A stretch of DNA of 64,000 bases from Dehalococcoidia bacterium (GTDB lineage Bacteria; Chloroflexota; Dehalococcoidia; Lucifugimonadales; VXLM01), in assembly GCA_963662435.1 (NCBI GenBank), contig OY759598.1, positions 1,520,507-1,584,506 on the forward strand, written 5' to 3'. Below the pieces are notes generated by a model. The model searched no databases. It saw only the letters and a list, made by a program, of their open reading frames with translations, and had not been told where the DNA came from. Of the stretch, positions 50,049 to 60,348 are shown piece after piece. The position numbers were made by a program, and so were the translations under genes. Within the stretch, counting starts at the first letter, position 1; each line of letters opens with the position of its first letter.

Positions 50049-51230
50049 TTAGGTCGAAGCGTCGTCGTCTCCCGTTTCCCAACAGCCTGCTGTATAGTCC
50101 GCCCACAACTGCATCAATGCGCGGCGGCGCTCGAACAGGTCGGACCTTGCATAGGCCTGTTCGGTCGAATTGCCCAGGGTATGCGCAAGCGCCGCCTCCG
50201 AGACGGCCCAAGGCGTCTCCGTTTGCTCCAGCGTCCAGTTCTTGAAGCTGCTGCGGAACCCATGAACGGTCGCACGTTCGGCCAGGCCGGTTGAACGGAG
50301 TACCTTCGTAAGCGTCATATCGGACATCGGCACACCCGGCTTCAGCGGTGACGGGAATACCAAGCCGGACTCATCGCGCAGGGCGCTCGCCTTGGCTAGC
50401 ACCTCGAGGGCCTGACTGCTCAGAGGCACTCGTTGCTCAACGCCTGCCTTCATTCGCTCGGACGGTATCCGCCAAACTTGCCCCACTACGTCAACTTCGT
50501 CCCACGTTGCTCCCCTGGCCTCCCCGGAGCGCGCAGCCGTCAGAACCAGAAAGCGGAAACACAGCTTGGCTGCTACTGAAGCCTGCGAAGCCTCGACGGT
50601 TTCGAGCGCCGACCCGACTTCTTGATAGGGTAGCGACCTGAAATGCGCTCTCACCTTCGGCATAGGCGGAAGCGCGCCGTCGATGACTTCACCCGCCGGG
50701 TTGCTCTCCGTGAAGCCGTGCGCCATCGCCCATCGGAAGACAGTCCGCATCCGCTGACGTACCCTTCGAGCGGTCTCCGGGTGCGTCGTCCATATCGGTG
50801 TAAGAACTCGCAGCACGTCGGCACGGCCTATCCGATCGATGGGCATGCCGCCCAGTATCGGCATTGCGTGTCGCTCAAGACTCCCCATCCAGCCTGCGGC
50901 GTGCTTGCCATTACGCCAACGTGGTCTGTTCGCCTCATGGACGGTATGGGTGGCTTCCTTGAACGTCGGCATCGCAGGCCTGCGACGGTCGGCCAGTGGA
51001 TCGCGACCGCCCGCGACGGCCGTCCGATTGGCAGCCGCCTTCTCTCGCGCTTGAGCCAGGCTTACCGAAGGAAATCCTCCCAGTCCGATATCCCGACGGC
51101 GCCCGTCGATGGTGATGCGATGCACCCATGACTTGCGCCTAGCCTTGCTGATGAATAGGTGTAGACCCCCACCATCAGAGTATCGTCCCGGTTCCTTGAG
51201 GGCCCTAACCCGCGTCGCCGATAGTGTCAT
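50049..51230 (-). CDS. int: Tyrosine integrase (P4-like, with N-terminal arm-binding domain)
   Basis: DGGGL.L, TAARSGE, RMK, HGFRSS, LAH, AYAR; start MTLSATRV. Confidence 0.93.
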   Translation of the reverse strand: MTLSATRVRALKEPGRYSDGGGLHLFISKARRKSWVHRITIDGRRRDIGLGGFPSVSLAQAREKAAANRTAVAGGRDPLADRRRPAMPTFKEATHTVHEANRPRWRNGKHAAGWMGSLERHAMPILGGMPIDRIGRADVLRVLTPIWTTHPETARRVRQRMRTVFRWAMAHGFTESNPAGEVIDGALPPMPKVRAHFRSLPYQEVGSALETVEASQASVAAKLCFRFLVLTAARSGEARGATWDEVDVVGQVWRIPSERMKAGVEQRVPLSSQALEVLAKASALRDESGLVFPSPLKPGVPMSDMTLTKVLRSTGLAERATVHGFRSSFKNWTLEQTETPWAVSEAALAHTLGNSTEQAYARSDLFERRRALMQLWADYTAGCWETGDDDAST

Positions 51231-51249
51231 GTATCCGCTCCATGATGAA

Positions 51250-51271
51250 ATATTACCACGTATATTACCAC
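51250..51271. repeat. Direct repeat ATATTACCAC x2; probable integrase arm-binding sites
   Basis: Copies at 51250 and 51262, between the tRNA 3' end and the integrase start. Confidence 0.6.
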
Positions 51272-51386
51272 ACTTCGGACGGGATACTGGAGGAACGCGA
51301 GGCACAGTTTGAGTGCCACTCAAGGCTTCAATAGCTACGGACAAGGGACAATCTGGAACAGATTGAGCCGATGAGGGAGGGGTAAG

Positions 51387-51476
51387 TGGCGGAGAGTGTG
51401 GGATTCGAACCCACGGTACCCTTGCGGGCACACACGATTTCCAGTCGTGCCCAATCGTCCACTCTGGCAACTCTCC
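51387..51476 (-). tRNA. tRNA-Ser(GGA), ICE attachment site
   Basis: Acceptor stem GGAGAGT/ACTCTCC-GCCA; anticodon arm CACGA-CTGGAAA-TCGTG; long variable arm; GGTTCGAATCC. Confidence 0.96.
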
Positions 51477-51538
51477 GCGGCGTACCGATTGGAGGAAGAA
51501 AGTCCTACGTTTCGGTTCTCTGCGGCGTCGTAGAAGGG

Positions 51539-51628
51539 TGGCGGAGAGAGTGGGATTCGAACCCACGATGAGGTTGCCCCCATACCGGTTTTCGAGACCG
51601 GCGCATTCGTCCGCTCTGCCATCTCTCC
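51539..51628 (-). tRNA. tRNA-Ser(CGA)
   Basis: Acceptor stem GGAGAGA/TCTCTCC-GCCA; anticodon arm CCGGT-CTCGAAA-ACCGG; long variable arm. Confidence 0.96.
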
Positions 51629-51660
51629 GGGACGTCTACGTTGCAATTATAGCATAGCGT

Positions 51661-52122
51661 TTATTTCTGAACCTCGGCCATGAGGGCTAGGGTGTTTCCG
51701 TCGGGGTCGGTGAAGAATGACATCCAGAGCTCGTAGGTATCGGTACTGTGAATGACGTGCGGCTCACCGATGAACTGGACGCCTCGCGACTTCAGCATTT
51801 GGGTCGCCCGTGGCACGTCGGGGACGGTGAAGTAGATGGCGAAGCCGTGCGCTATCCGGCGTGGGTGAACCTCCCCTGCATCAACATCTGCGTTGGGGAA
51901 GTCGACGTTGCTGCTGGCCTTTGGTTCTTCGTCGTGTTCGGGTACGGTCAGCATGAGGCGAACGCCGTCGCAGTCGAAGAATGACATGCTAGGCGGAGCA
52001 CTGAATAGAAACCTCAGCCCAAGCATGTCGCGATAGAATTCGGTCGCGCGGTCGATGTCAAACACGCTAATGGCGATTTGGCCAATCGTACTCAGGTTGA
52101 GGTCTTGGTCTTTATCAGGCAT
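51661..52122 (-). CDS. VOC/glyoxalase family protein
   Basis: IGQIAISV.D.DRA.EFY.D.LGL; FF.DPDGN.L.L. Confidence 0.88.
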   Translation of the reverse strand: MPDKDQDLNLSTIGQIAISVFDIDRATEFYRDMLGLRFLFSAPPSMSFFDCDGVRLMLTVPEHDEEPKASSNVDFPNADVDAGEVHPRRIAHGFAIYFTVPDVPRATQMLKSRGVQFIGEPHVIHSTDTYELWMSFFTDPDGNTLALMAEVQK

Positions 52123-52195
52123 TTGAGGGCTCCTGCAGATTCGAGTTTTCAGAGGTTCTGTTTGCAAGTTTGCCGAATCGCGGATGCGTCCAGCT

Positions 52196-53344
52196 CTATC
52201 CACTATCGCCGGCTGCCGCACTGCGGAGACGTTTGCCGTTCAACATCGTACCTATTGGAGTATAGCGGACGCCAAATTGGTAGACCACAAGCAGGATGCC
52301 GGTCACGGAAACGTTAATCAACACGAACTTGAAATGGGTCCCGAGTTGCCAGCCAACAAGCAACTCAAAGACTACAACTATCAATGGAAGGTGCCATAGG
52401 TAAAGCCAATACGAGGCATCCGACAGGTAGCGTACCCAGAATCGCTCCCGGTCGGCTATCAAACGGAAGAGACCGATCAATCCGAAGCACATAAACCAGG
52501 CAAAGCCCGCCTGAAGCAAGTTAGAGGCCGGTTTAGCCCAATCCTCTTTGGACTCAAATAGCAGTCCCAGTCCGACGAAGAACACCACTGTCAGTGCGGG
52601 CACCAGGGCAAGCGTCAACCATCGGCTGATTTTGATGTTTTTCTGATTTAGGTGGGCTCCGAAGACGAAGAAGAGAGCGTAGTAGCCTAGTACGACCGGA
52701 TTGAATACAAGACCTTCGGATGTATCGGGTCCGAAGACTGGCTCCGACATCAGCAATTGGAGCAAGAACGTGAGGGGAATCGCGAGCCACCAGATTATCG
52801 GATTGCTGAATTTCAGACGTAGCCGTACTGTGAGAAGGAATCCGGCGCAAAGCCAAAGGAGAATCCACAGGAACCAAAGGTGATTGAGGGTGGACAGCCA
52901 GATGAAGGGCCACCAGAAGATGGAGGTCTCCTTGACTTCGAAGGCCCAAAGGAAGGAGAACGTGGTGACGGGAATGACGGTGAATGCGCCGATGGCGAGT
53001 GGCAGGCCTACGCGCTTGAGGCGCTGAATGGCGAGTTGTCGCAGTCCTCGCCTCTTCCACAGTAGGGCGGTGAAGAAGCCGCTAAGCATGAAGAAAACGG
53101 GCATCCTAAACCCATGGATTGCGAAGAACAGCAGGGAATAGACTCCGGAGACTTCTGCAGGATAGCCTTCTGACGCGTTGGCCTCGGACCATGCATCGGG
53201 CATGAAGAATAAGGCAGTGTGGAGGACTATTCCCAGCAGCATGGCGAATGCGCGCAGAGCGTCCAGATCGTGGATCCGGGGACCTGGGGCCGTTACCTGA
53301 CTTTCGTCAACGACGGCACTCCTTTGCCCTGACCGTGTATGCAA
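52196..53344 (-). CDS. Acyltransferase-3 (OpgC/MdoC-like) membrane protein
   Basis: LDALRAFAMLLGIVLH, FRMPVFF.LSGFF, HLWFL, SYWLYLWH. Confidence 0.87.
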   Translation of the reverse strand: MHTRSGQRSAVVDESQVTAPGPRIHDLDALRAFAMLLGIVLHTALFFMPDAWSEANASEGYPAEVSGVYSLLFFAIHGFRMPVFFMLSGFFTALLWKRRGLRQLAIQRLKRVGLPLAIGAFTVIPVTTFSFLWAFEVKETSIFWWPFIWLSTLNHLWFLWILLWLCAGFLLTVRLRLKFSNPIIWWLAIPLTFLLQLLMSEPVFGPDTSEGLVFNPVVLGYYALFFVFGAHLNQKNIKISRWLTLALVPALTVVFFVGLGLLFESKEDWAKPASNLLQAGFAWFMCFGLIGLFRLIADRERFWVRYLSDASYWLYLWHLPLIVVVFELLVGWQLGTHFKFVLINVSVTGILLVVYQFGVRYTPIGTMLNGKRLRSAAAGDSG

Positions 53345-53368
53345 CTACAGTAGTCCCTCATTGGTAGC

Positions 53369-54556
53369 CTACGTGGACGCCGCAGCCTCGACGAGACCCG
53401 TCTCGAGTCGCTCCACAGCCGTATCGATCTCGGACTCGGAGACGGTGAGGGGCGGCATGATGCGGATGAGCTGCGGGCGCGTGAAGTTCAGGAGGAGACC
53501 GCGAGCGTTGCACGCCGTCAGCGTGGCGGCTGCCATTTCCCTGTCGAACTCAACGGCGTTTAGGAGGCCCATGCCGCGCACGTCGGTGATGAAGTCGTGC
53601 CGGCTCTTCATTTCTTCGAGGGCAGACCGCATGTAATCGCCCATCGCGGCCGCGTGCGCGGGGACGTCGTTGTCGATGATGTACTTCGTGGAGGCGTAGG
53701 CGGCGGCGGTCGTCAGGACGTTACCGCCGTAGGTGGAACCGTGGTCTCCCGGTACGAGTGCGATGGCGTCGTCTTTAAGCAAGAACGCGCCTATCGGGAC
53801 GCCACCACCGAGGCCCTTTGCCAGGGTCATGATATCCGGCTCTACTCCAAATGCCTCATATCCGAATAGGGTACCCAGGCGACCGAATCCGGTCTGGACC
53901 TCGTCAAAGATGAGGAGCAGGCCTTTGTCATCGCACCACTGTCGAACGCCACGCAGGTACTCTTCCGTGGGGATGTTGACGCCGCCCTCGCCCTGCACCG
54001 GCTCCATCATCACGGCGGCGGTCTTTTCGGTGGTGGCCGACATGATGGCCTCAATGTCGCCGAACTCGACGTTGACGAAGCCCTGGGGGACAGGGGCGAA
54101 GTCATCAATGGGTTTATCGCCGGCAGCCATGGTGTTGAGCGTTCTGCCATGGAAGGCGTGGGAGACGGTGATGATTTCCGAGGCGCCGTTTCGATTCTGA
54201 ATGCCCCACTTGCGGGCGTTCTTGATAGCGCCCTCGTTGGCCTCCGCGCCGCTGTTAGCGAAGAATACCTTGTCTAGGCAGCTGTTCTCGACCAGCAGTT
54301 CGGCGAGTTTGAGTTGCGGGACGGTGTAGAACTGGTTGGAGGTCTGGATCAGGGTACTGGCCTGTTCGGCAATGGCCTTGGCCAAGACGGGGTTGGCGTG
54401 GCCGATGTTCGTGACGGCCCACCCCGACGTGAAGTCGAGATACTCCCTGCCCTCATCGTCCCAGACCTTCGTACCTTCGCCTCGAACAAGGACAATGGGC
54501 TGACGGTTAACCACATGCAGGTAGTACTTGCTTTCGATTGCCTTCCAGTCGGTCAT
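53369..54556 (-). CDS. argD: Acetylornithine aminotransferase
   Basis: NSGAEANE, FHGRT, EPVQGEGG, DEVQTGFGR, TLAKGLGGG; arg gene context. Confidence 0.9.
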   Translation of the reverse strand: MTDWKAIESKYYLHVVNRQPIVLVRGEGTKVWDDEGREYLDFTSGWAVTNIGHANPVLAKAIAEQASTLIQTSNQFYTVPQLKLAELLVENSCLDKVFFANSGAEANEGAIKNARKWGIQNRNGASEIITVSHAFHGRTLNTMAAGDKPIDDFAPVPQGFVNVEFGDIEAIMSATTEKTAAVMMEPVQGEGGVNIPTEEYLRGVRQWCDDKGLLLIFDEVQTGFGRLGTLFGYEAFGVEPDIMTLAKGLGGGVPIGAFLLKDDAIALVPGDHGSTYGGNVLTTAAAYASTKYIIDNDVPAHAAAMGDYMRSALEEMKSRHDFITDVRGMGLLNAVEFDREMAAATLTACNARGLLLNFTRPQLIRIMPPLTVSESEIDTAVERLETGLVEAAAST

Positions 54557-54557
54557 C

Positions 54558-57350
54558 TTACTGATCTCCCTGTTTGAGTCTTTCCAATGCGTCTTCCAGT
54601 ATGCTGATGCTGTCCTTCAACTGTTGTATGGCTTCGTCGATCTCCTCAACCGTCGACCCAGGTACACGGGTTGGGGCCGTTGGGGCGGCCTCTTCGTCTT
54701 CTGCGGCAATTTCCTGTCGCATTTCACCGATCAAGGCCTCAACCGCCTCTTCGACGGATCCTCTCATGACCACGGTAGTACCGGTCGCCAGAATCACCTG
54801 CTTTAGCTCAGGGAATTCAATTCCCTCGGCTCGGAGGTAGATGGGTTCGGCGTAGAGAAGACTGAAATTGTCGCCCAAGGCCATAGGCAGGACCAAGAGG
54901 TTGCCGCGGATACATTCCGAGCCTTCCTGGCAGCGGAGTGTGAACCACTCGGATATTGTAGGGTCATTGTCGATTTTTGCCTCGATTTGCTCCGGGCTGT
55001 CAAGCTGTCTGTCCTTCGGAAAGTCGAAGGCGACGAGTTGTCCGTAGTTGGGCGCATCGTTTCGTGCGGCGATCCATCCGGCCAGAATCGGGGGATCGTT
55101 ACGGGTGTATGGGGTCAGGAGCACGAACTCGGCCATGTCTTCCCCAGGGAGTTTCATGATGGCGCGGTACGGTTCGACGGGCTGAAGCTGCGTAGCTCCC
55201 TGCCCGAACTTCTCAGTAGCAATATTCCAAATATCTTCGAGGTTGTAGAAGTCGCGGGGGTCGAGCATGTGGTAACGCAGGTACTTCTCCGCCTGCACCG
55301 AGAAGATGTCGAGTGGGTACCTAATGTGGCTCTTCAACGACTCCGGCATGTCTTCGAAGGGTACAAATAGCTCAGGGAACATGGAACTGTAGGCCTGTAC
55401 GAGCGGATCGCCGGAATCGACAATGTAGAAGGTAGGCGTACCGTGGTATGCGTCGATGGTCACTTTTACGCTGTTTCGCATGTAGTTGAACCCCGCAGGA
55501 GAGTCGAGGGACTCCTGCACGGGGTCGGAGTAGGGATAGTGATCCGAGACAGTGTAGGCATCCTGGATCCAGAACAGCCTGCCCTCTGCGGCGACAATGT
55601 ACGGATCGTTGTCAAGCCGGAGGAACGGTGCAATGGTGGAGACACGCTCGGCTACCTGGCGTCGGTACTGGATGCGGCTCCGGTTGTTAATCTCCCCGCT
55701 GATAAACAAGTTGAGGTCGCCGAACTGCCAGGCAAATGCGGCCCGATTCAGTATTGAACCCACGGTTACCCCGCCTGTTCCATCGTAGCGATTGTTACGG
55801 ATATCCTTGCCCTCTGCCTGATAGTCGAGCTCCTCGGTGTTGGTATTGACGACGACGTATTCACTCGTCATCTCGCCGTAGTAGATTCGAGGATTGTCGA
55901 TCACTGTCTCCGGCGGATCGGTCTGGTCCTCCGCCTGGACGGCAATTACGCCGTCGGCGGGGATGTCCTTGGCGAAGAACTCCGGTCTGCCCTCGGAAGT
56001 GAATTCGGTAACCGGACTCATGGCAATCCCGAACCCGTGAGTGTAGCGCAGGCGCCGGTTCACCCATGTCTGGGCCTCGGGTTCCAAATCATCGGGACTG
56101 ACTTCGCGGGCCGCGACCATTACCTGGCGGTAATGACCGTTGACGGTGTAGCGGTCTACGTCGGCGACGTTGAAATCGTAGTAGAGGCGAATCTTCTGGA
56201 TCTGTTTGTAGACGTCCGAAACGGGCCCGTTATCCCACAATCGAAGGTTATCAATTGTGACTTGGTTGGCGTCCAGGACTTCAGCGTCCAGGCCTGCGAC
56301 TGCGGGATAAGGCTGCGTGCTGATTGCATCGAGTCCGAATGCCTTGCGAGTAAGGTCAATGTTGCGTTCGATGTACTCGGACTCGCGGGTGAATTCGTTC
56401 GGGTTGACGGCGAACCTCTGCAGGGCATTCGGCCAGGCGATTGTGAGAATTAGGGACATTAGTATCCATAGGGCGATGGCACCAATCATTACCCTGATGC
56501 CGCGCTGATAGGCGTTGACTATCATCAGTACGCCGGCAACCGCGGCGACAATCGTCATGATGAGCAGCCCAGGCAGTCTAGCGTGGATGTCGGCGTATGC
56601 CGCTCCGTAAACCGCTCCACTCTCGGAAAGAACCAGCTCCCAGCGGTCGATCCAGTGGCCGGCCGCTAGCGTGAACATGATAAACGCCAAGATTACGGAT
56701 ATATGGACTTTGAAGGCACCGGTAAAGAGAAATCCAACGCCTCTCAGGTTGAAGTTTATGAAGTAGATGAGCAGTGTCAGCACGCCGATTGTGATCGTGG
56801 AGGTGAAGATCCAACTGCGAACCGTGTCAAGCAGAGGCAGGGTAAAGATGTAGAATCCGACGTCCCGACCAAAGACCGGATCCGTAACCCCGAACGGCAC
56901 CGAGTTTTCAAATTTCAGGAACAGGTCCCACTTCGAGGCGGCAATCGCACCGAAGATGACGGCGACCGCGAGGACGGCAACGATACTGCCCCACTTGAAG
57001 AGGGACTTAAGGAAGCGGTGAGTCTGAGGAGGGAGTGGCATCTCCGCCGGTCCCTGAGCGAAGCGGTGGGCGAGATAGACGCTCAGTCCGCCAAATACCC
57101 CAATTACGGCTCCCCCACCCAGAAAGAGGGCGAGTCTAGTGAGCAATACCGTGCGGAAGACTCCAAGGTAGCCGACGGCGTCGAACCACAGGAGGTCGGT
57201 ATAGATCGTGCGTCCAAAGTTCAACGTCGCGTAGATGGCGACGAGGGCGACGATGATTGAGCCCCACTTGATTCGGTTGCGCAACTCCGGTGTTATGAAG
57301 TTGCTCAGGTCGAATGGTAGATTTGACTCCGATGGGAATTCGTAGGCCAT
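54558..57350 (-). CDS. UPF0182 family membrane protein
   Basis: DPVFGRDVGFYIF.LP, RLWD, DVDRY, YTHGFG, NY.RNSVK, RGNLLVLP, EPIY. Confidence 0.92.
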   Translation of the reverse strand: MAYEFPSESNLPFDLSNFITPELRNRIKWGSIIVALVAIYATLNFGRTIYTDLLWFDAVGYLGVFRTVLLTRLALFLGGGAVIGVFGGLSVYLAHRFAQGPAEMPLPPQTHRFLKSLFKWGSIVAVLAVAVIFGAIAASKWDLFLKFENSVPFGVTDPVFGRDVGFYIFTLPLLDTVRSWIFTSTITIGVLTLLIYFINFNLRGVGFLFTGAFKVHISVILAFIMFTLAAGHWIDRWELVLSESGAVYGAAYADIHARLPGLLIMTIVAAVAGVLMIVNAYQRGIRVMIGAIALWILMSLILTIAWPNALQRFAVNPNEFTRESEYIERNIDLTRKAFGLDAISTQPYPAVAGLDAEVLDANQVTIDNLRLWDNGPVSDVYKQIQKIRLYYDFNVADVDRYTVNGHYRQVMVAAREVSPDDLEPEAQTWVNRRLRYTHGFGIAMSPVTEFTSEGRPEFFAKDIPADGVIAVQAEDQTDPPETVIDNPRIYYGEMTSEYVVVNTNTEELDYQAEGKDIRNNRYDGTGGVTVGSILNRAAFAWQFGDLNLFISGEINNRSRIQYRRQVAERVSTIAPFLRLDNDPYIVAAEGRLFWIQDAYTVSDHYPYSDPVQESLDSPAGFNYMRNSVKVTIDAYHGTPTFYIVDSGDPLVQAYSSMFPELFVPFEDMPESLKSHIRYPLDIFSVQAEKYLRYHMLDPRDFYNLEDIWNIATEKFGQGATQLQPVEPYRAIMKLPGEDMAEFVLLTPYTRNDPPILAGWIAARNDAPNYGQLVAFDFPKDRQLDSPEQIEAKIDNDPTISEWFTLRCQEGSECIRGNLLVLPMALGDNFSLLYAEPIYLRAEGIEFPELKQVILATGTTVVMRGSVEEAVEALIGEMRQEIAAEDEEAAPTAPTRVPGSTVEEIDEAIQQLKDSISILEDALERLKQGDQ

Positions 57351-57455
57351 AGTATCCTTTTCTACTTGCGGCGAGCTTTCTTTGCGCCAGCCTGCGGAGA
57401 AAACGTATCAGAGGGCGACTCCGTGTTCAACCGATTCGGTTGTAAAACGGAAGAT

Positions 57456-58301
57456 TTACCCTACCCGCGTTCCCACCGCTTCACCATCCAAGAAGTTGCG
57501 AAGGGCGTGCGGTTTTCTGCCGTCAATGATCCGGGCGGTGCGTCCGTCGCCGACGTTCAATAGGCACGCACCGATCTTGGGAATCATGCCTCCGGCGATG
57601 ACGTTGGAGTTCATGAGCGTTTTGGCCTGCCGCTCCGTGAGCCTTGGAATCAATCGACGCGACGAGTCCAAAACACCTTCCACGTCTGTCATGAACACCA
57701 GATTCGGAACGCCGAGGGCTGCGGCGATTTCACCGGCCGCGGTATCGGCGTTCACGTTCAACATAGCTGGTCCATCGTCGTTCAACCGTAACGCTACAGG
57801 GGCGATAACCGGCATGAAGCCTGCATTGATAGCGGCTTGAATCGCGTCGGTGGTTACCTGGGTGACTTTGCCGACATATCCAAGTTCCGGGTCGAGTATT
57901 TCGCCCTGAAGAATCCCTCCGTCCACGCCGGAGAGGCCAATTGCTTTTCCGCCGAGGGAGAGTACTTTGGAGACGAGTTGTTTATTGATCAGTCCCGTGA
58001 GGACGGCGACTACGATGTCGAGGCTCGGTTCGTCGGTGAAGCGCAGGCCTTTTACAAAGCGTGTGCGGACGCCCTGCTTTTCCATCCAGTCCGTAACGGC
58101 CTTGCCGCCGCCGTGTACAACGATGGGCTGGACACCCTCGCGTTGAACGGCAATGAGGTCTTCGATCGTGGTGTCGTCACTTCCAAGAGTACTGCCGCCT
58201 ATTTTTACTACGATCGCCCCATTGTGGGAATTCTCCAATTGGCTGGAAGGCAGTTCTGAGCGCTGTGGTTCGTTCTCGACGAATTCTGGCCGCGATAGCA
58301 T
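57456..58301 (-). CDS. argB: Acetylglutamate kinase
   Basis: VVKIGG, VHGGG, GLR.TD, NVNAD, TDVEG, GGMIPK. Confidence 0.93.
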   Translation of the reverse strand: MLSRPEFVENEPQRSELPSSQLENSHNGAIVVKIGGSTLGSDDTTIEDLIAVQREGVQPIVVHGGGKAVTDWMEKQGVRTRFVKGLRFTDEPSLDIVVAVLTGLINKQLVSKVLSLGGKAIGLSGVDGGILQGEILDPELGYVGKVTQVTTDAIQAAINAGFMPVIAPVALRLNDDGPAMLNVNADTAAGEIAAALGVPNLVFMTDVEGVLDSSRRLIPRLTERQAKTLMNSNVIAGGMIPKIGACLLNVGDGRTARIIDGRKPHALRNFLDGEAVGTRVG

Positions 58302-58393
58302 GTCATTTCGGTGTGATTGCCGATTCGGTGTTCCTGCAAGGGAATCGTCCGTATTGAAGATACCATACGGACGTGAGCGGTGTCGTCTAGAGT

Positions 58394-58843
58394 TTAGGGC
58401 TTATGACGGCGCATTACGAGGTCTTCGTCGTCACCTCGAGCGCGGTCACGAGCTTGGGTGTACCAGTCTCCATCGTCGTCGTCGTCGTCATCATCTTCTT
58501 CTCCGTAACCCAGCTCGCTGGCGAGATCCGGCTTACCAAGGGTCTTGGCCGTCCTGGTGAAGAACTCCTCCCTGCTGGCCTCGGTTGGGGCAACCTTGAT
58601 GGTGCCCCAAATGGCAATGAAGAAGGCGGCGATTATTCCCAGGGATACCCCGACCGCGAGCCCGCCTAAGGCTGCTGGCGAGTTGGAAAGCTCGTCGCTG
58701 CCCAGGGCGAAGTGGAGTACGAGTCCCACGGCTAATCCAACAACCATCAGGATGATACCCAAGAGTGTGGCGAAGACAACGAACATGAAGATGAAATGGA
58801 TGATGTAGTTACCGACGTCTCGCAGGAACAGCGTCACAGTCAT
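58394..58843 (-). CDS. Hypothetical two-TM protein with acidic tail
   Basis: RBS GGAGG; hydrophobic segments; poly-Asp. Confidence 0.65.
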   Translation of the reverse strand: MTVTLFLRDVGNYIIHFIFMFVVFATLLGIILMVVGLAVGLVLHFALGSDELSNSPAALGGLAVGVSLGIIAAFFIAIWGTIKVAPTEASREEFFTRTAKTLGKPDLASELGYGEEDDDDDDDDGDWYTQARDRARGDDEDLVMRRHKP

Positions 58844-58966
58844 CCCTCCGCTAGTTCATTTGCCAAATGGGGCTAGCCAACGCCCCTAGGCGACCTGCCA
58901 AATCGATCTAAATTGTCCGGGCACATCTCTCTACCCCGGCACTTGATCGCTCATTCACAAACTTCG

Positions 58967-60184
58967 CTACGTGCTGTAGGCGGAATTCTCGATTACGTAT
59001 CCTTCAGTGAGATCGGATCCCCAAGCCGAAGCAGTGCCAGGACCTGTACCGATGCGGACCCTAATCCTAACCTCTTCGTCGCTCATAGAACTAACGACGG
59101 AGTCCTTCAAGTAGGCGATGCTCATCCCTTCGTGGACGATATGAATGTCGTTGACGAATATGTCTACGTCCAACTCCTGGAAGTCGGCGCCACTGTTGCC
59201 GAGTGCCATCATAACGCGTCCCCAATTCGGGTCGCGGCCATAGATCATGGCCTTAACGAGCATAGAAGACACGATTTTGCGAGCGGCGAGGCGAGCTTCC
59301 TGCAAGGTGCCGGCACCTTCGACGGTCACTTCCAAGAGGTGGGTGGCTCCTTCACCGTCGCGGGCCATTTCCTTTGCCAACTCGACGCAGACGTAGGTCA
59401 AAGCCTCTTGAAAGTCGTCAGCAGCGGATGTGGCACCTGAGACTTCGGCTCCACCTGCCCTACCGTTAGCCAGTACGACAAGCGTGTCGTTGGTGCTCTG
59501 GTCGCCGTCCACATCGATCATGTTGAATGACGCGTCTGCCGCGTTCCTTAGGGACTGCTGCAGGAAGGACTGTTCTACGGAAGCGTCGGTAGTGATGAAT
59601 GAGAGCATTGTAGCCATGTTTGGATGGATCATGCCCGACCCTTTTGCACATCCACCGATGACGATCTCGCGGCCATCAATTTGTGTTGAGACGGCGACTT
59701 CCTTTGGATGGGTGTCAGTGGTCATGATGGAGCGGGCGAAACGGTTACCTCCGTCGTCGCTCAAGACGATGTTCCCAAGGTTTTGCCTAACGAGCGCCAT
59801 GGGGAGCTCGACGCCGATGAGACCTGTGCTGCCGATAAGGACTTCTTCCGGATCGACTTCGGCGTGGACGGCAGCCAGTGCGGTCATCTCCTCAGCATCG
59901 GTGAGTCCCTGTGCCCCGACCGAGCAGTTGGCACAGCCACTATTTGCAACGATTGCGCGGGCGCTTCCGTTAGCTACGCGGCGTTTGCTGAGTGTGACGG
60001 AAGGCGAGAGGACCTTGTTCCGGCTAAACACGCCAGCGGCGGCAGCGGGCGCATCGGATACGACCATTCCAAGATCGAGGACATCATCGCCTGCAGTCTT
60101 GATTCCTGCGTATACGCCGCCAGCAGTGAACCCCTGAGCTGACGCCACACCGCCACGATGGATTAGTTGTATCACCGCAGTCAT
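58967..60184 (-). CDS. argJ: Ornithine acetyltransferase
   Basis: NSGCAN, IMTTDT, KGSGMIHPNMATML, STND, DGEGAT, DPNWGR. Confidence 0.96.
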   Translation of the reverse strand: MTAVIQLIHRGGVASAQGFTAGGVYAGIKTAGDDVLDLGMVVSDAPAAAAGVFSRNKVLSPSVTLSKRRVANGSARAIVANSGCANCSVGAQGLTDAEEMTALAAVHAEVDPEEVLIGSTGLIGVELPMALVRQNLGNIVLSDDGGNRFARSIMTTDTHPKEVAVSTQIDGREIVIGGCAKGSGMIHPNMATMLSFITTDASVEQSFLQQSLRNAADASFNMIDVDGDQSTNDTLVVLANGRAGGAEVSGATSAADDFQEALTYVCVELAKEMARDGEGATHLLEVTVEGAGTLQEARLAARKIVSSMLVKAMIYGRDPNWGRVMMALGNSGADFQELDVDIFVNDIHIVHEGMSIAYLKDSVVSSMSDEEVRIRVRIGTGPGTASAWGSDLTEGYVIENSAYST

Positions 60185-60348
60185 CTGAAATTCCTAGACG
60201 AAATTGTGTGCCTCCGCCTGATGGCGGACTAAGGAAAGTATAGCAGGTTCGAAGCTCCACCTGCTATGCAGAAACCCCAGTCCAGAGCGGAGACGACCAC
60301 TTGTGCGAGAAGACCCTCGCGGTCGAACCGGCGCAAAGGGTGGGCCAG